A stretch of 64,000 nucleotides of DNA from a virus (Duplodnaviria; Caudoviricetes). The DNA lies in IMG/VR virus record IMGVR_UViG_3300031853_000019, positions 18,749-82,748 of that record. One strand, 5' to 3'. Under the pieces are notes generated by a model. The model ran no database searches. It was not told where the DNA came from and saw only the letters and a program-made list of their open reading frames with translations. Positions 1-8,947 of the stretch are shown here, piece by piece; the stretch's first letter is position 1, and each line of letters begins with the position of its first letter. The translations under genes were made by a program, and so were the position numbers.

Positions 1-10
1 TATGTTTCAT

Positions 11-295
11 TTACTCCCCGCACCATGCAATACATTGAGGGCTTCCATATTTTTCTATATAGTCCTCATTACCAAATCGTTTTATACAAACATGTCTTAC
101 ATTCTTCCATCCAATTCTATCATCATTTCCAAGTGATTTTCCAATTACAATATCTTCTATGGAAAACCACTCTTTTCCCGGTTTATCGTTCCATATTTTA
201 TAGATATACTCTTTCATTTCATCAATCGTTGCAAATTCTCTAGCTTCTGCCATTGAATCTGCTAATCCTCCTCTATGAGGTCTATATTTAATCAT
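11..295 (-). CDS. Phage hypothetical protein
   Basis: 94-aa ORF, RBS upstream, overlaps stop of the neighbouring gene in a tightly packed minus-strand operon. Confidence 0.8.
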   Translation of the reverse strand: MIKYRPHRGGLADSMAEAREFATIDEMKEYIYKIWNDKPGKEWFSIEDIVIGKSLGNDDRIGWKNVRHVCIKRFGNEDYIEKYGSPQCIAWCGE

Positions 296-627
296 ATGTT
301 TTTATCCTCGCTTTCCTCCATCTTTACCCCGCAATTAGGACAATATTTATATGAATAAACATCCGCCCTCATTGTGTTGGATATAATTTTTCTACATTCT
401 GAACAATGCCAATTTCCTATATTTGGATTACTATCATATTGGGTCCATTCCCAATATCCGGTCTTTGACTCTTGTGGAATCAATTTCTCAAACACTTCTA
501 TCGGTATTCTTATCGGCACTTCTACAATAGTAGGTGCTTTCTTAATCATATCTGCAATCAGTTCTCTACTGTCAAGTCTATCTCTCCATGCGTGTTCGAT
601 TAGTTCGTCTGCATCAATTAATCTCAT
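292..627 (-). CDS. Mosaic accessory protein: MRLIDAD..APT module plus C-terminal CxxC..CPNCG zinc ribbon
   Basis: Translation contains MRLIDAD, KAPTI, KTGYW, CSEC and YCPNCGVKM. Confidence 0.8.
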   Translation of the reverse strand: MRLIDADELIEHAWRDRLDSRELIADMIKKAPTIVEVPIRIPIEVFEKLIPQESKTGYWEWTQYDSNPNIGNWHCSECRKIISNTMRADVYSYKYCPNCGVKMEESEDKNI

Positions 628-1025
628 TCTTTTACCTCCTGCATCTTTGCACCACAGTTAGGACAATAATTCATCCCGTTGTTCCATGGTTCGCCGTCTA
701 TGGTTGTCCAACCATCCCCGCAAATGGAACAATCATAATCTACCTCCCCATCCCATCTGTCCTTTTTTATCCACTGCCCCATCTTTGGCTGTGACGTGAC
801 GGATGGCAAGTTTTTAATGAATCCAGCAGTAATCGCATCATTGTTGGCTTTTCTTTTGTACATTTCATCAAGCACCGCTTGTCTGCTTATTGCATCCTCA
901 CAAGATTCTTGCTCTAAGGCATTAGTAACAATATCACAAGCTGTTAGATATTCTTTGTCCCATCCTTTACTATTGGCATACATCTTTAATTCACCTATAT
1001 AAATCTTTACTTCTTCATTTGTCAC
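624..1025 (-). CDS. Mosaic accessory protein with ALEQE/CEDAISRQAV module and zinc ribbon
   Basis: ALEQESCEDAISRQAV, LPSVTSQPKMGQW, CSICG, YCPNCGAKM; ATGA-type overlaps with neighbours. Confidence 0.8.
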   Translation of the reverse strand: MTNEEVKIYIGELKMYANSKGWDKEYLTACDIVTNALEQESCEDAISRQAVLDEMYKRKANNDAITAGFIKNLPSVTSQPKMGQWIKKDRWDGEVDYDCSICGDGWTTIDGEPWNNGMNYCPNCGAKMQEVKE

Positions 1026-1459
1026 TCCTTATCCTCCTTATTCCTATATATATATTCAGGTTTATCAGGAACCACATAAGGAAAAGTTATATTTATATGA
1101 GAGTCCTTACATGTATACCAAATCTCTCCATCATCAGTAAATACTTTTCCATTAATATTGTATGCAGTACCATCTTCGTCTTTAAACACCGCAGAATATC
1201 TTTTGTTTTGTAGACGACCGCCTCCAATATCATTCCATTCATCATCTTCACCTGTTAATGGTGAAAGAGGCTTAAACATTGCAAGTCTACTGAAAGCATC
1301 AATAACATATGGTGCAGTAAATCCAGTATGACCCTGAGAAGCAAACAACTCGATCAAATCTAAGATTGCCTTTGTTGCAAAATTATTATAAGCTTCTCCA
1401 GAATCAATCATTCCAATTCTTTTAAGTTCGTCTTTTGCATAATTAACTAAATTACTCAT
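1022..1459 (-). CDS. Phage hypothetical protein (SQGHTG..PLSPLTGEDDEW motif)
   Basis: 145-aa ORF with RBS, in operon. Confidence 0.8.
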   Translation of the reverse strand: MSNLVNYAKDELKRIGMIDSGEAYNNFATKAILDLIELFASQGHTGFTAPYVIDAFSRLAMFKPLSPLTGEDDEWNDIGGGRLQNKRYSAVFKDEDGTAYNINGKVFTDDGEIWYTCKDSHINITFPYVVPDKPEYIYRNKEDKE

Positions 1460-1483
1460 TCCTCGTCCCTCGCTTCTTGTCTT

Positions 1484-1759
1484 TTACTTATATTTATTAT
1501 GTATCATTATCTCGTCAACAATCTTTCTCAATACTTCATTTGTGTGCTGATTTTTGTCAATTCCACTTTCTGTTATTATCTCATGGATATATGATTTAAC
1601 AATTTCTGCGTCCCGTTGTCTTTCTTGTTGGCACCTTTTTGCAATAGCAGATGACCAACAATGATAACAATTGTTGTAAAACTGCTCTACTTTACAATCT
1701 TCATCATTAAAGATATTTTCAAATCCTATATCTTTAGGACAATGTATATCTCGCATCAT
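1484..1759 (-). CDS. Hypothetical Cys-containing protein
   Basis: 91-aa ORF preceded by GAGGTG RBS. Confidence 0.7.
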   Translation of the reverse strand: MMRDIHCPKDIGFENIFNDEDCKVEQFYNNCYHCWSSAIAKRCQQERQRDAEIVKSYIHEIITESGIDKNQHTNEVLRKIVDEIMIHNKYK

Positions 1760-1932
1760 TACACCTCATACTTTTCGCTTTTATGATTTTATCAAGACAA
1801 TCCTGACATAATTCTATTTTTCCCCCATCCGCCCTCGTACCATATCCACCAAAATCGTTTTGCTTTATATTTATACTTGATTTTTGCATCAGGCTGGTTA
1901 TGTTTACATATATCACAAACATGTATTTTCAT
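1734..1932 (-). pseudogene. Frameshifted paralog of 2627-2806 (CDIC..CQDC zinc-finger protein)
   Basis: Starts MKIHVCDICK at 1932; TGGGGGAAAAATAGAA carries one extra base relative to TGGGAGAAAATAGAA of the intact copy, so KIELCQDCLDKIIKAKS continues in another frame. Confidence 0.7.
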
Positions 1933-1933
1933 A

Positions 1934-2209
1934 TTATCTCTCCTTGTCTGCTTCTATGATTGTTGGTGTTGCACCAATATCTGGTGTACTTACTGTTGTG
2001 CAACATCCATCACTTTCCCAAATACAATCTTTCTCATAAACAATTTGATTCACGTCAATCAATCTTCCATGTCCTTTTGGAAGTGGAGTGCCGTCACGAA
2101 TTGCTTTTGCCATTTCACATACATCATTTACTGCTATTTCATTATCTTCTATGTCATTGTCAAATAATCTTGTGAATACATTTTCGTCTATATCAATTAC
2201 AATCTGCAT
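1934..2209 (-). CDS. MQIVID..LPKGHGRLID..APTIIEADKE family protein, copy 1
   Basis: Paralog of 2808-3131 with shared N-, mid- and C-terminal motifs. Confidence 0.8.
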   Translation of the reverse strand: MQIVIDIDENVFTRLFDNDIEDNEIAVNDVCEMAKAIRDGTPLPKGHGRLIDVNQIVYEKDCIWESDGCCTTVSTPDIGATPTIIEADKER

Positions 2210-2210
2210 T

Positions 2211-2630
2211 TTATTTCACCTCTTTCTGTAGACTCATAATATCGTCAGCAAGCCCTTCTATTGTTTGGTCACATCTGACGTTGTTGTCATACAGAAGATC
2301 TATTAGTTCGCTAGAGTCAATAAGGTTTTGCTCTAATGCTTTGATTGCTTGTTGAAAATACTCATACCCCTCTTTACTGATAGACTTCACGCCCTCGCTT
2401 TCTGCCTTGTATTTATCAAGAATTCCTAATACATATGATCTACTTATGTAAATGCCATCGTATACTACGACTTCTTCAATCTCGGCTCTTATCTTGTCGA
2501 GCACCTTATTCTTATCATGTTCACATACTCCACTAGATACACATGGCTTGTTGATGAATGGATCTTGCTCTAAAGCATCGATTCGTTTTTCTAATTCTTT
2601 TATTTTGATTTTCATTTGTTGATGTGTCAT
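2211..2630 (-). CDS. Mosaic accessory protein (ALEQ and VLDKIRAEIE modules)
   Basis: 139-aa ORF built from recurring short modules. Confidence 0.75.
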   Translation of the reverse strand: MTHQQMKIKIKELEKRIDALEQDPFINKPCVSSGVCEHDKNKVLDKIRAEIEEVVVYDGIYISRSYVLGILDKYKAESEGVKSISKEGYEYFQQAIKALEQNLIDSSELIDLLYDNNVRCDQTIEGLADDIMSLQKEVK

Positions 2631-2806
2631 TCCTTATCCTCACTTTTCGCTTTTATGATTTTATCAAGACAATCCTGGCATAATTCTATTTTCTCCCAAC
2701 CACGACATTCATACCAAAAGTCCCAAGCCCTTTTAGCACGATATTTATATTTGATTTTTGCATCAGGGATATTACACTTACATATATCGCAAACACGTAT
2801 TTTCAT
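2627..2806 (-). CDS. Small zinc-finger protein (CDIC..CQDC)
   Basis: Start reassigned to ATG 2806 after GGAGAG RBS; 59 aa. Confidence 0.75.
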   Translation of the reverse strand: MKIRVCDICKCNIPDAKIKYKYRAKRAWDFWYECRGWEKIELCQDCLDKIIKAKSEDKE

Positions 2807-2807
2807 A

Positions 2808-3131
2808 TCATCTCTCCTTATCTGCTTCAATGATTGTCGGTGCATTTACAATAGTTTGTTGACAACACTCAAATCCGTTTTGGTCATACATCCTACCAAA
2901 CGGCAAATAGTCTTTGTCTTTCTTTTCCCATACATCCTCATGGTTATAAAAATTAGTCCATGCCGTTGCAAGAGTTTTATCAGCATCAATCAATCTTCCG
3001 TGTCCTTTAGGAAGTAAGGTGCCCTTCAATACCGCAACAATAAGTGTATATCTATCGTATGGTCTTGCTTCGAAAGTGCCATCTTCTATATGCTTAATAA
3101 TATTTTCTGATACATCAATCACAATCTGCAT
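2808..3131 (-). CDS. MQIVID..LPKGHGRLIDAD..APTIIEADKE family protein, copy 2
   Basis: Start at ATG 3131 after AGGAG RBS; paralog of 1934-2209. Confidence 0.8.
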   Translation of the reverse strand: MQIVIDVSENIIKHIEDGTFEARPYDRYTLIVAVLKGTLLPKGHGRLIDADKTLATAWTNFYNHEDVWEKKDKDYLPFGRMYDQNGFECCQQTIVNAPTIIEADKER

Positions 3132-3145
3132 TTTTACTCTCCTTT

Positions 3146-3658
3146 TTACCAATTCTGCTTAATCACAAGATGATTGCCGCCACACTTTCTGCATCTACAA
3201 GAGCTAAGATTCTTTAAAGTCTTGCACATGCGGGAATACCCGCCAATCATCTTAATACAATCTACGCAATAAACTTCATATTTATATTTTTCTTTCTTAG
3301 TGTAACCTGCCTCAAGATCATTAACTGCACCATCATGAGTGCAGTTAATTTCTGCGCATTTCCGCTTAAACATAGCATCATGACCATGCTTTTCCCCTGT
3401 TGTTACAAAGAGATAGTAATGCGCATACTCATGCTTGATTACATTAATAATGTCGTTATCTGTTCCATTCTCAAGGAGAGCTGCGGAAAATTCAATAGCA
3501 TTAACAGAAAGAACCGTTCCTCGAAGAGAAGTAAACTTAACTCTTCCAAGAGTGGTACTAAGTCTGCCATTGGCGGTGATAGGCTCCTTAATGGGGGCAA
3601 TACCATCTGTTTCCGCAAGTTTATTTAATTCTGTGATAACTCTTTCTATTGTCCACAT
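3146..3658 (-). CDS. SprT-like zinc metalloprotease with C-terminal zinc ribbon
   Basis: HEYAH zincin motif followed by GEKHGHDAMFKRKC, then CVDC and CRKCG; typical SprT layout. Confidence 0.8.
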   Translation of the reverse strand: MWTIERVITELNKLAETDGIAPIKEPITANGRLSTTLGRVKFTSLRGTVLSVNAIEFSAALLENGTDNDIINVIKHEYAHYYLFVTTGEKHGHDAMFKRKCAEINCTHDGAVNDLEAGYTKKEKYKYEVYCVDCIKMIGGYSRMCKTLKNLSSCRCRKCGGNHLVIKQNW

Positions 3659-3690
3659 AATTCTGCTCTCCTTTTCATTTTTCTATAATA

Positions 3691-3780
3691 ATTTTATTAT
3701 AAATTTTTATAATTGTCAAACGCAGTATCAGGGGGCGGGTTCCCGCAGGATTTGATTTTCAATAAAAATTTTAGTATAAT
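3691..3780. promoter_or_regulatory. Divergent sigmaA promoter pair
   Basis: Minus strand TTGACA-N17-TAAAAT (3719-3691); plus strand TTGATT-N17-TATAAT (3752-3780). Confidence 0.75.
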
Positions 3781-3813
3781 TATTATAGTAAAAATATGAA
3801 AGAGGTGTATATT

Positions 3814-3870
3814 ATGATTAAAGCACGAAATTGGAACGAACAGTTATGGTATTTACGATTTAATTGGTAG
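3814..3870 (+). CDS. Possible 18-aa Trp-rich leader peptide MIKARNWNEQLWYLRFNW
   Basis: GAGGTG RBS, first ORF after the plus-strand promoter. Confidence 0.4.
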   Translation: MIKARNWNEQLWYLRFNW

Positions 3871-3992
3871 CGGGAAAGCTGGCTTCATGCCGCGCAAGGC
3901 AAAATTTCCCGCCAGTTAAGCAAAAAGGGCAAAAATAAAGTTCGGGAGTTAGTCCGAAAAATGCGAAATTACGAGTAGAGAGGTGTTAAATT

Positions 3993-4205
3993 ATGTATGA
4001 AAGTTATACAGATTGGAAGTTAAGACAGCCGCCGCATCATGTTAGAGTTATGATTAAGTTTGAAGATGGCGGAAGATATATAGGGTATTCAGATGGTTTT
4101 GGTTATCTCCATCTTGAAACTGGGAAGATTGTTAGTGAAACGGTTTCCCGCCCGCTTGAATGGAAAAAGATTGAAAAAGATGAATGGGGGAACTATGTAT
4201 GGTAA
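3993..4205 (+). CDS. Hypothetical protein
   Basis: 70-aa ORF, GAGGTG RBS. Confidence 0.7.
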   Translation: MYESYTDWKLRQPPHHVRVMIKFEDGGRYIGYSDGFGYLHLETGKIVSETVSRPLEWKKIEKDEWGNYVW

Positions 4206-4444
4206 GCATGATTATCACTTGGGTAGTGTTTTTAATTGGATTTTTGCTCTTGTTTTATCTTGTAAGTAAAGTATATAAGGCGGTATTTGCAAGTGCAGCC
4301 GCAACTGATATTCTTTTTGGCAAGAACAGACAAAAAGTAGAGGAGCTAGAGAATAGAATTAAAGAACTTGAGAAACTACTTGAAAATACAAAAGTAAGTT
4401 GTGATGACTTTTGTAAAACTATATATGATTCTTATGATGAATAA
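4199..4444 (+). CDS. Small membrane protein with coiled-coil tail
   Basis: N-terminal hydrophobic helix (IITWVVFLIGFLLLFYLV) then VEELENRIKELEKLL; start coupled to upstream stop. Confidence 0.7.
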   Translation: MVSMIITWVVFLIGFLLLFYLVSKVYKAVFASAAATDILFGKNRQKVEELENRIKELEKLLENTKVSCDDFCKTIYDSYDE

Positions 4445-4447
4445 TGA

Positions 4448-4474
4448 GAGGGCGCGTTTTTGCGCCCTTTTTAT
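4448..4474 (+). terminator. Intrinsic terminator
   Basis: AGGGCGC-loop-GCGCCCT followed by a T run. Confidence 0.7.
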
Positions 4475-4598
4475 TGCGGGGTAGCTAGATTAAGGGGTAG
4501 GTGAATCGGCTTTCGCGCATTTTTGTTTAATTTATAAGGGGGTATTTTTATATTTTATAGGGGGTATTAAAAATCCACAAAAAGGAGGTGGAATTTAA

Positions 4599-5393
4599 TT
4601 GACATTGCAAGAATTATGTAGGGAGTATAAACTTACGGAAAATACTGTCAAAAAGAATTTTAGTAGAGTTCAAAAAAACTTTTTGGATAAACAAAATCTT
4701 GTTCTTACTAAAACTGGTAGAGGGGAAAATGTTAATTACACTGTTGAACCTAATACTGATGATAGAAGAGCTTCCCGCATGATAGAAGAAGCTAAAACTG
4801 AAATTACTTTATCGCAAAAACAATTTACTGATTTGGTTGATTTTAATTTCATTATATTTTTGGGTATATGTATGACTCCAATGACTACTTTTTATGGTAA
4901 TTATAATCAGTTTTTAGATTATGTAGAGGTTAAGAAAAGTAGTAATAATATAGAATTGTTAAAAGAAGGTTTAAAGTTCCTTGCCGCAGAGGAATATATT
5001 AGATATGATGTAGATAAAACTAATGAAGATTATTTCTGGGCTGGTTTATATTATAAGACAAGATCAGAGATGGCTATTGGGATTGATATGGTGCAAAGAT
5101 GTCAATTAATTGCCGCAAAGAATAAGAAGAAAAGCTGGGTGCCGCTATTAAAGACTTGGTTGGGGATACAATATGTATATGATAAACAGCCTTTTACTAT
5201 GGCGAGATTGAGTGAAGTTACTGGGTTGAGTGTTTATCAGATAAGGGAAAGTAAGAAGTTATTAGAGAAGGATAATTTGTTTATTACATCTAAGGCATAT
5301 ATAGCATATGATAAGTGTATAGGCAGTAATGTAGAGTTAAATGGAATTAATGAAAGTAATAGGAATTTTGTGGAAAATAAGCAACGGACTTAA
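4599..5393 (+). CDS. DNA-binding protein with HTH/winged-helix-like segments; possible replication initiator
   Basis: TTG start after GGAGGTG; N-terminal MTLQELCREYKLTENTV and C-terminal FTMARLSEVTGLSVYQIRESKKLLE HTH-like motifs; function inferred. Confidence 0.55.
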   Translation: MTLQELCREYKLTENTVKKNFSRVQKNFLDKQNLVLTKTGRGENVNYTVEPNTDDRRASRMIEEAKTEITLSQKQFTDLVDFNFIIFLGICMTPMTTFYGNYNQFLDYVEVKKSSNNIELLKEGLKFLAAEEYIRYDVDKTNEDYFWAGLYYKTRSEMAIGIDMVQRCQLIAAKNKKKSWVPLLKTWLGIQYVYDKQPFTMARLSEVTGLSVYQIRESKKLLEKDNLFITSKAYIAYDKCIGSNVELNGINESNRNFVENKQRT

Positions 5394-6130
5394 CCAATAT
5401 ATAAATCTTATTATTGTTCAAGACGGTTGCTTAATTTCCACAGATTTGCTTGATTTTGCAGAGGTGAATTCCACATTTGGGGAATTTCGACAAATTGATG
5501 CAGATATTGGAGATTAATTAGAATTGAGAGTGAATTGGGAGAAATTGGAGATGGGTGGTGACCCGACCTACCACCCTCAACACCTTCTCAACACGGTATA
5601 ACGTCCGTTATCGTCTTCCATAATTCCTCAACTTGAAATTTTAGAAAATTTTTTATATAATATATATATGATAAGTGATTAACAGTTATTGCTTATTATT
5701 TATACTCCAATTCGATGTATTACGATACATAGTTTTGTTTGTCCTTAAAACTAAAAAAAGTAAATTGACCTTTCTTTAGCCTCAGGTAATACACACCTGA
5801 GGTTTTCTTTTTATGTCCGTACCCCGTTGTCCCCTCCGAAGGAGGGGGCAACTTTTTGATTAAAGAGGGTTTCAAGTATAAATATTATCCCATTATATTA
5901 TATAATAATATATTATAAAAATCAAATAACCATTTATGGGAACCATATTATATGCCCGTGCAGGCGGGAATCGCTTGCAAACAACTGGCGGCCAGATCCA
6001 TATTCCATAGGGCGGGCGGTAGCCGCCCGTTCCAAATAACCAGTGCATATAGCCATATAGGTCGGCCTACGGCCTCCCGAGAGGTGAAGAGCGCACTTTA
6101 TTGCGTTAAAGTGTAACACTTTAATGTGTG
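5369..6130. other. Hairpin-rich non-coding region (candidate origin or terminus)
   Basis: Inverted repeats at 5369-5441, 5554-5577, 5779-5806, 5826-5852, 6012-6030 and palindrome TTAAAGTG-TAA-CACTTTAA near 6105-6123, interleaved with AT-rich runs; no ORF with an RBS. Confidence 0.5.
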
Positions 6131-6324
6131 ATTCGGCAAAATTACTGAAAAAATGAAAGATTTTCATAGAATTTTTGTGAAAAATGCTGAAAATTGTTAC
6201 AAAAATGTTAAAAAAGTATTAAATTTGTGCAATTTGTTGAAGTTTTGCGGAATTTTGGGAAAAATAAAGTGTATTTTTGTATATATTTTTTGAAAAAATT
6301 TTGTGTCAAGGGGTTGACTTTTTG

Positions 6325-6401
6325 AAAATTCGGCGCAGTACGCTCAGGAGCGCGCCGCCAAACAGATATAGCAAAAAAGGACATGGCTTTCTACCATGTC
6401 C
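6325..6401 (+). ncRNA. Degenerate hairpin-sRNA cassette (no intact promoter)
   Basis: AATTCGGCGC..GCGCCG hairpin, A tract and terminator hairpin as in the other cassettes, but no TATAAT. Confidence 0.4.
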
Positions 6402-6437
6402 TATCACTGTGGGTATCTATTCAGTTTTGGGGGAGGA

Positions 6438-6812
6438 CTACTCGTCCTCACCCTCGGTCTCCGCATCTGCGGAAACCTCACCATAGAGCATCTTGCCCTT
6501 TACCTTAGCCTTAGCAACACCCATCTGCTTGAGGAGTGCGCTTGCTCTCTGGCAAGATACATCTACCGCATTACCAATCTCGGTAGCAGTTGCGGAACCC
6601 TGTGCATCAAGGAACTCCGCAATACGAACCTTGATTTCGTCATTCTCAATCTGACGCTTAGAGGGTTTATCGCTCTTAGCATACTTCTTATCAAGCTGGG
6701 CAATCATTCTCTCTGCTACCGCAATCTCGTCTGCGGTAAAAACATCTGCCATACCTACTACCTTAGCAAGTACATCTCTCTTAGTTACACCAGTAATTCT
6801 AGCCATAGTCAT
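6438..6812 (-). CDS. Winged-helix DNA-binding protein, paralog 1
   Basis: IAEFLDAQGSATATEIGNAVDVSCQRASALLKQM wHTH; clear similarity to 12442-12804. Confidence 0.75.
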   Translation of the reverse strand: MTMARITGVTKRDVLAKVVGMADVFTADEIAVAERMIAQLDKKYAKSDKPSKRQIENDEIKVRIAEFLDAQGSATATEIGNAVDVSCQRASALLKQMGVAKAKVKGKMLYGEVSADAETEGEDE

Positions 6813-6889
6813 CTACCTCTTTCTTTCTTTTGTGATGTTTTCTGTTTACATTAGTTATTATAACAAATTTTTAAGTGTTTGTCAAGCAC

Positions 6890-7025
6890 TTTTTTTTATT
6901 TATATTAGAGGGCGGTTTCTAGGCGACTCGTGGTGCCGTATCTAGTCTAGGGCAAGTACACAGAAACCTTCCACGCAAGTATGTGTTTTAACTGCTCACC
7001 GCTTCCTTTAATATCTTTACCTTAC
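6890..7025 (-). ncRNA. Orphan ncRNA candidate
   Basis: Consensus promoter (7061-7033) followed by about 130 nt with no ORF, relatively GC-rich, pairings GGTTTCT/AGAAACC and GCGGT/ACCGC. Confidence 0.4.
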
Positions 7026-7047
7026 ATAAGTAATTATATCAGATTTT

Positions 7048-7197
7048 TTAGTAATTGTCAAGAAGTTTTTTTAATTCTTTTTTATTTTTTTGGCGGGTAG
7101 GATGTTTTGCATCCTTGTGTACCCTTGTTCCTGTATTCATATTATACCATACTCTCTTGCTCTTGTCAAGAAGTTTTTTCTTATTTTTTTCAACCAT
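7048..7197 (-). CDS. Small basic protein (49 aa, MVEKNKKKLLDKSKRVWYNMNTGTRVHKD..)
   Basis: Own promoter (7262-7234) and GAAAGGAAA RBS; not in ORF track (<60 aa). Confidence 0.6.
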   Translation of the reverse strand: MVEKNKKKLLDKSKRVWYNMNTGTRVHKDAKHPTRQKNKKELKKLLDNY

Positions 7198-7321
7198 TTT
7201 TGTTTTCCTTTCTTTCCCTTACCTTGTAAATACATTATAACAAAAATTTTTATGGTTTGCAACTTGGAATATTGCACAAATTATGGGAATAAAATTTGTG
7301 CAATATTTTTCCATTTTTCTC

Positions 7322-7431
7322 TTGACAAAAATCCCAGCGTGTGTTATAATGGAATTTCACGCGGTTTGCAGCTTTAGCGTCCGCAAACCGCGCGCCCAAT
7401 AAAAAAGAACGGCTCTTTTCCTGAGCCGTTC
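7322..7431 (+). ncRNA. Hairpin-sRNA cassette 1
   Basis: TTGACA-N17-TATAAT; stem CGCGGTTTGC/GCAAACCGCG, loop AGCTTTAGCGTCC; terminator 7407-7431. Confidence 0.7.
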
Positions 7432-7444
7432 AGATGGTGACCGC

Positions 7445-7822
7445 CTAGGCTTTAGGCGGTCTGTGTTTGGTGAGTTTCATGGTGTACTCGCTACCCTTGT
7501 AAGTGAAGGCGACCTCGGTTTCGGTCTTAATTGCCTTGACCTCTGCGCCCTTATTTTCAAGAAGTTCGGCAACCGCCTTGAGTAAGTAGCCTTTGATTTC
7601 ATCCACCTTGCGCTCCCTTGTACTAGGTTTGCGCTTGCGGTCTGACTTCTCGTATCGTCTTTCGGACTTAATGGAGTTGACCGCCTTTTCAGTTTCCTCA
7701 CTAGGCTTGATTTTACCGCTTTCCTCAAGAATCAAGTCGCAAGCCTCTGTGATACTACACTCTAAACTTTCAACATACTTGTCAATGAGGGCATCATCAA
7801 CATCAAAACCCTTATACTGCAT
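7445..7822 (-). CDS. Phage hypothetical protein (basic linker, alpha/beta C-terminal domain)
   Basis: Start MQYKG at 7822 after GAGGTG; own promoter. Confidence 0.75.
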   Translation of the reverse strand: MQYKGFDVDDALIDKYVESLECSITEACDLILEESGKIKPSEETEKAVNSIKSERRYEKSDRKRKPSTRERKVDEIKGYLLKAVAELLENKGAEVKAIKTETEVAFTYKGSEYTMKLTKHRPPKA

Positions 7823-7914
7823 TTGCAACACCTCTTTCTTTATTTGATACACTAATTATAGCATACCTTTAGGGGATTGTCAATAGGTATTTTTGATTTT
7901 TTGCACTCTACCCT

Positions 7915-8607
7915 TTAAGAGTAGAGTGCTTTCCGCATTTTCTTATGCTTTGCCATACAATATGCAAAAATTGCGGTTTCAATAATTACATCCTCAAGTC
8001 CTGTATGACTTTCAATAAAATCGGGGTTTTGTGTAATATAGCGGTAAACAGTTTCCGCTTTTACTTGCGGTCTAGGTGTCTTATGGGCGGTTACAAAACC
8101 ATTCTCAAAACAAAACCGCTTGTATGTGGGAGTTTTTGCAACTACATCTTGTACCATTTTCATAGAATCCCAAACAATAGTGCCATAAGGTAAAAACCAT
8201 CTGTATTTGCTTTTGGTTTCCCATCTTTGTGTTACATTGAGTGCGGTATCGTCAAACCTTGCATTATAGGCGATAACAATATTTGTATTGTACTTTTTCA
8301 TTACATCCGCTAATGTCTTGCGGATTTCATAAAGGCTTGCGACTTTTCTCTTTCCGTTTTTAATATCCTTATAATACTGCGGTAACTTATCCGCATAATA
8401 TGAAGATTTCATAAGGGATTTCTCACCGAAGAAAATTCCTCTATTTACAAAGGAATATTCCTCATATATAGTGCCATGCTTATCACAAACCGCAAATCCG
8501 CAATCATATACAAACATATTATTTGCGGAAACACCCTCAAAGTCCTTGTCTATGGGACACGTTTCGGTGTCTAACACTACATAATACTTTCTTCTCTTGT
8601 CAACCAT
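7915..8607 (-). CDS. DEDDh (DnaQ-family) 3'-5' exonuclease
   Basis: Exo I VLDTET, Exo II AYNARFD, Exo III HTGLEDV. Confidence 0.9.
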   Translation of the reverse strand: MVDKRRKYYVVLDTETCPIDKDFEGVSANNMFVYDCGFAVCDKHGTIYEEYSFVNRGIFFGEKSLMKSSYYADKLPQYYKDIKNGKRKVASLYEIRKTLADVMKKYNTNIVIAYNARFDDTALNVTQRWETKSKYRWFLPYGTIVWDSMKMVQDVVAKTPTYKRFCFENGFVTAHKTPRPQVKAETVYRYITQNPDFIESHTGLEDVIIETAIFAYCMAKHKKMRKALYS

Positions 8608-8842
8608 TTTCTTTTGTCCTCACTTTCTCCACCTACCTAGGTGGTTCGCTTTTTTATTTTGTAACTTAATTATACTACTTTCAGTTGAGATTGTCAAGCA
8701 TTTTTTTGAATTTTTTTATTTTTGTTTTGGCTTGCTTTCTTCATCTGACATTATTAATTATAACAGATTGGCGGGAAATTGCAATAGATAAAATGTACAA
8801 ATTGCGGGAAATAAATTTGTGCAACTTTTTTTGAAAAATCAC

Positions 8843-8944
8843 TTGACAAAACCTGCGGCAGGTGGTATAATGGAAATTCGCCCAGTTTTCGGATAAGGCA
8901 CTCGAAAACTGGGCGATAAAAAAGCACCCCATTTGGGGTGCTTT
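8843..8944 (+). ncRNA. Hairpin-sRNA cassette 2
   Basis: TTGACA-N17-TATAAT; stem TCGCCCAGTTTTCG/CGAAAACTGGGCGA, loop GATAAGGCACT; terminator 8924-8941. Confidence 0.7.
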
Positions 8945-8947
8945 GTT

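Noticed and set aside
5445-5561. 38-codon TTG ORF in the hairpin-rich region
   Set aside because: No properly spaced RBS and no supporting features
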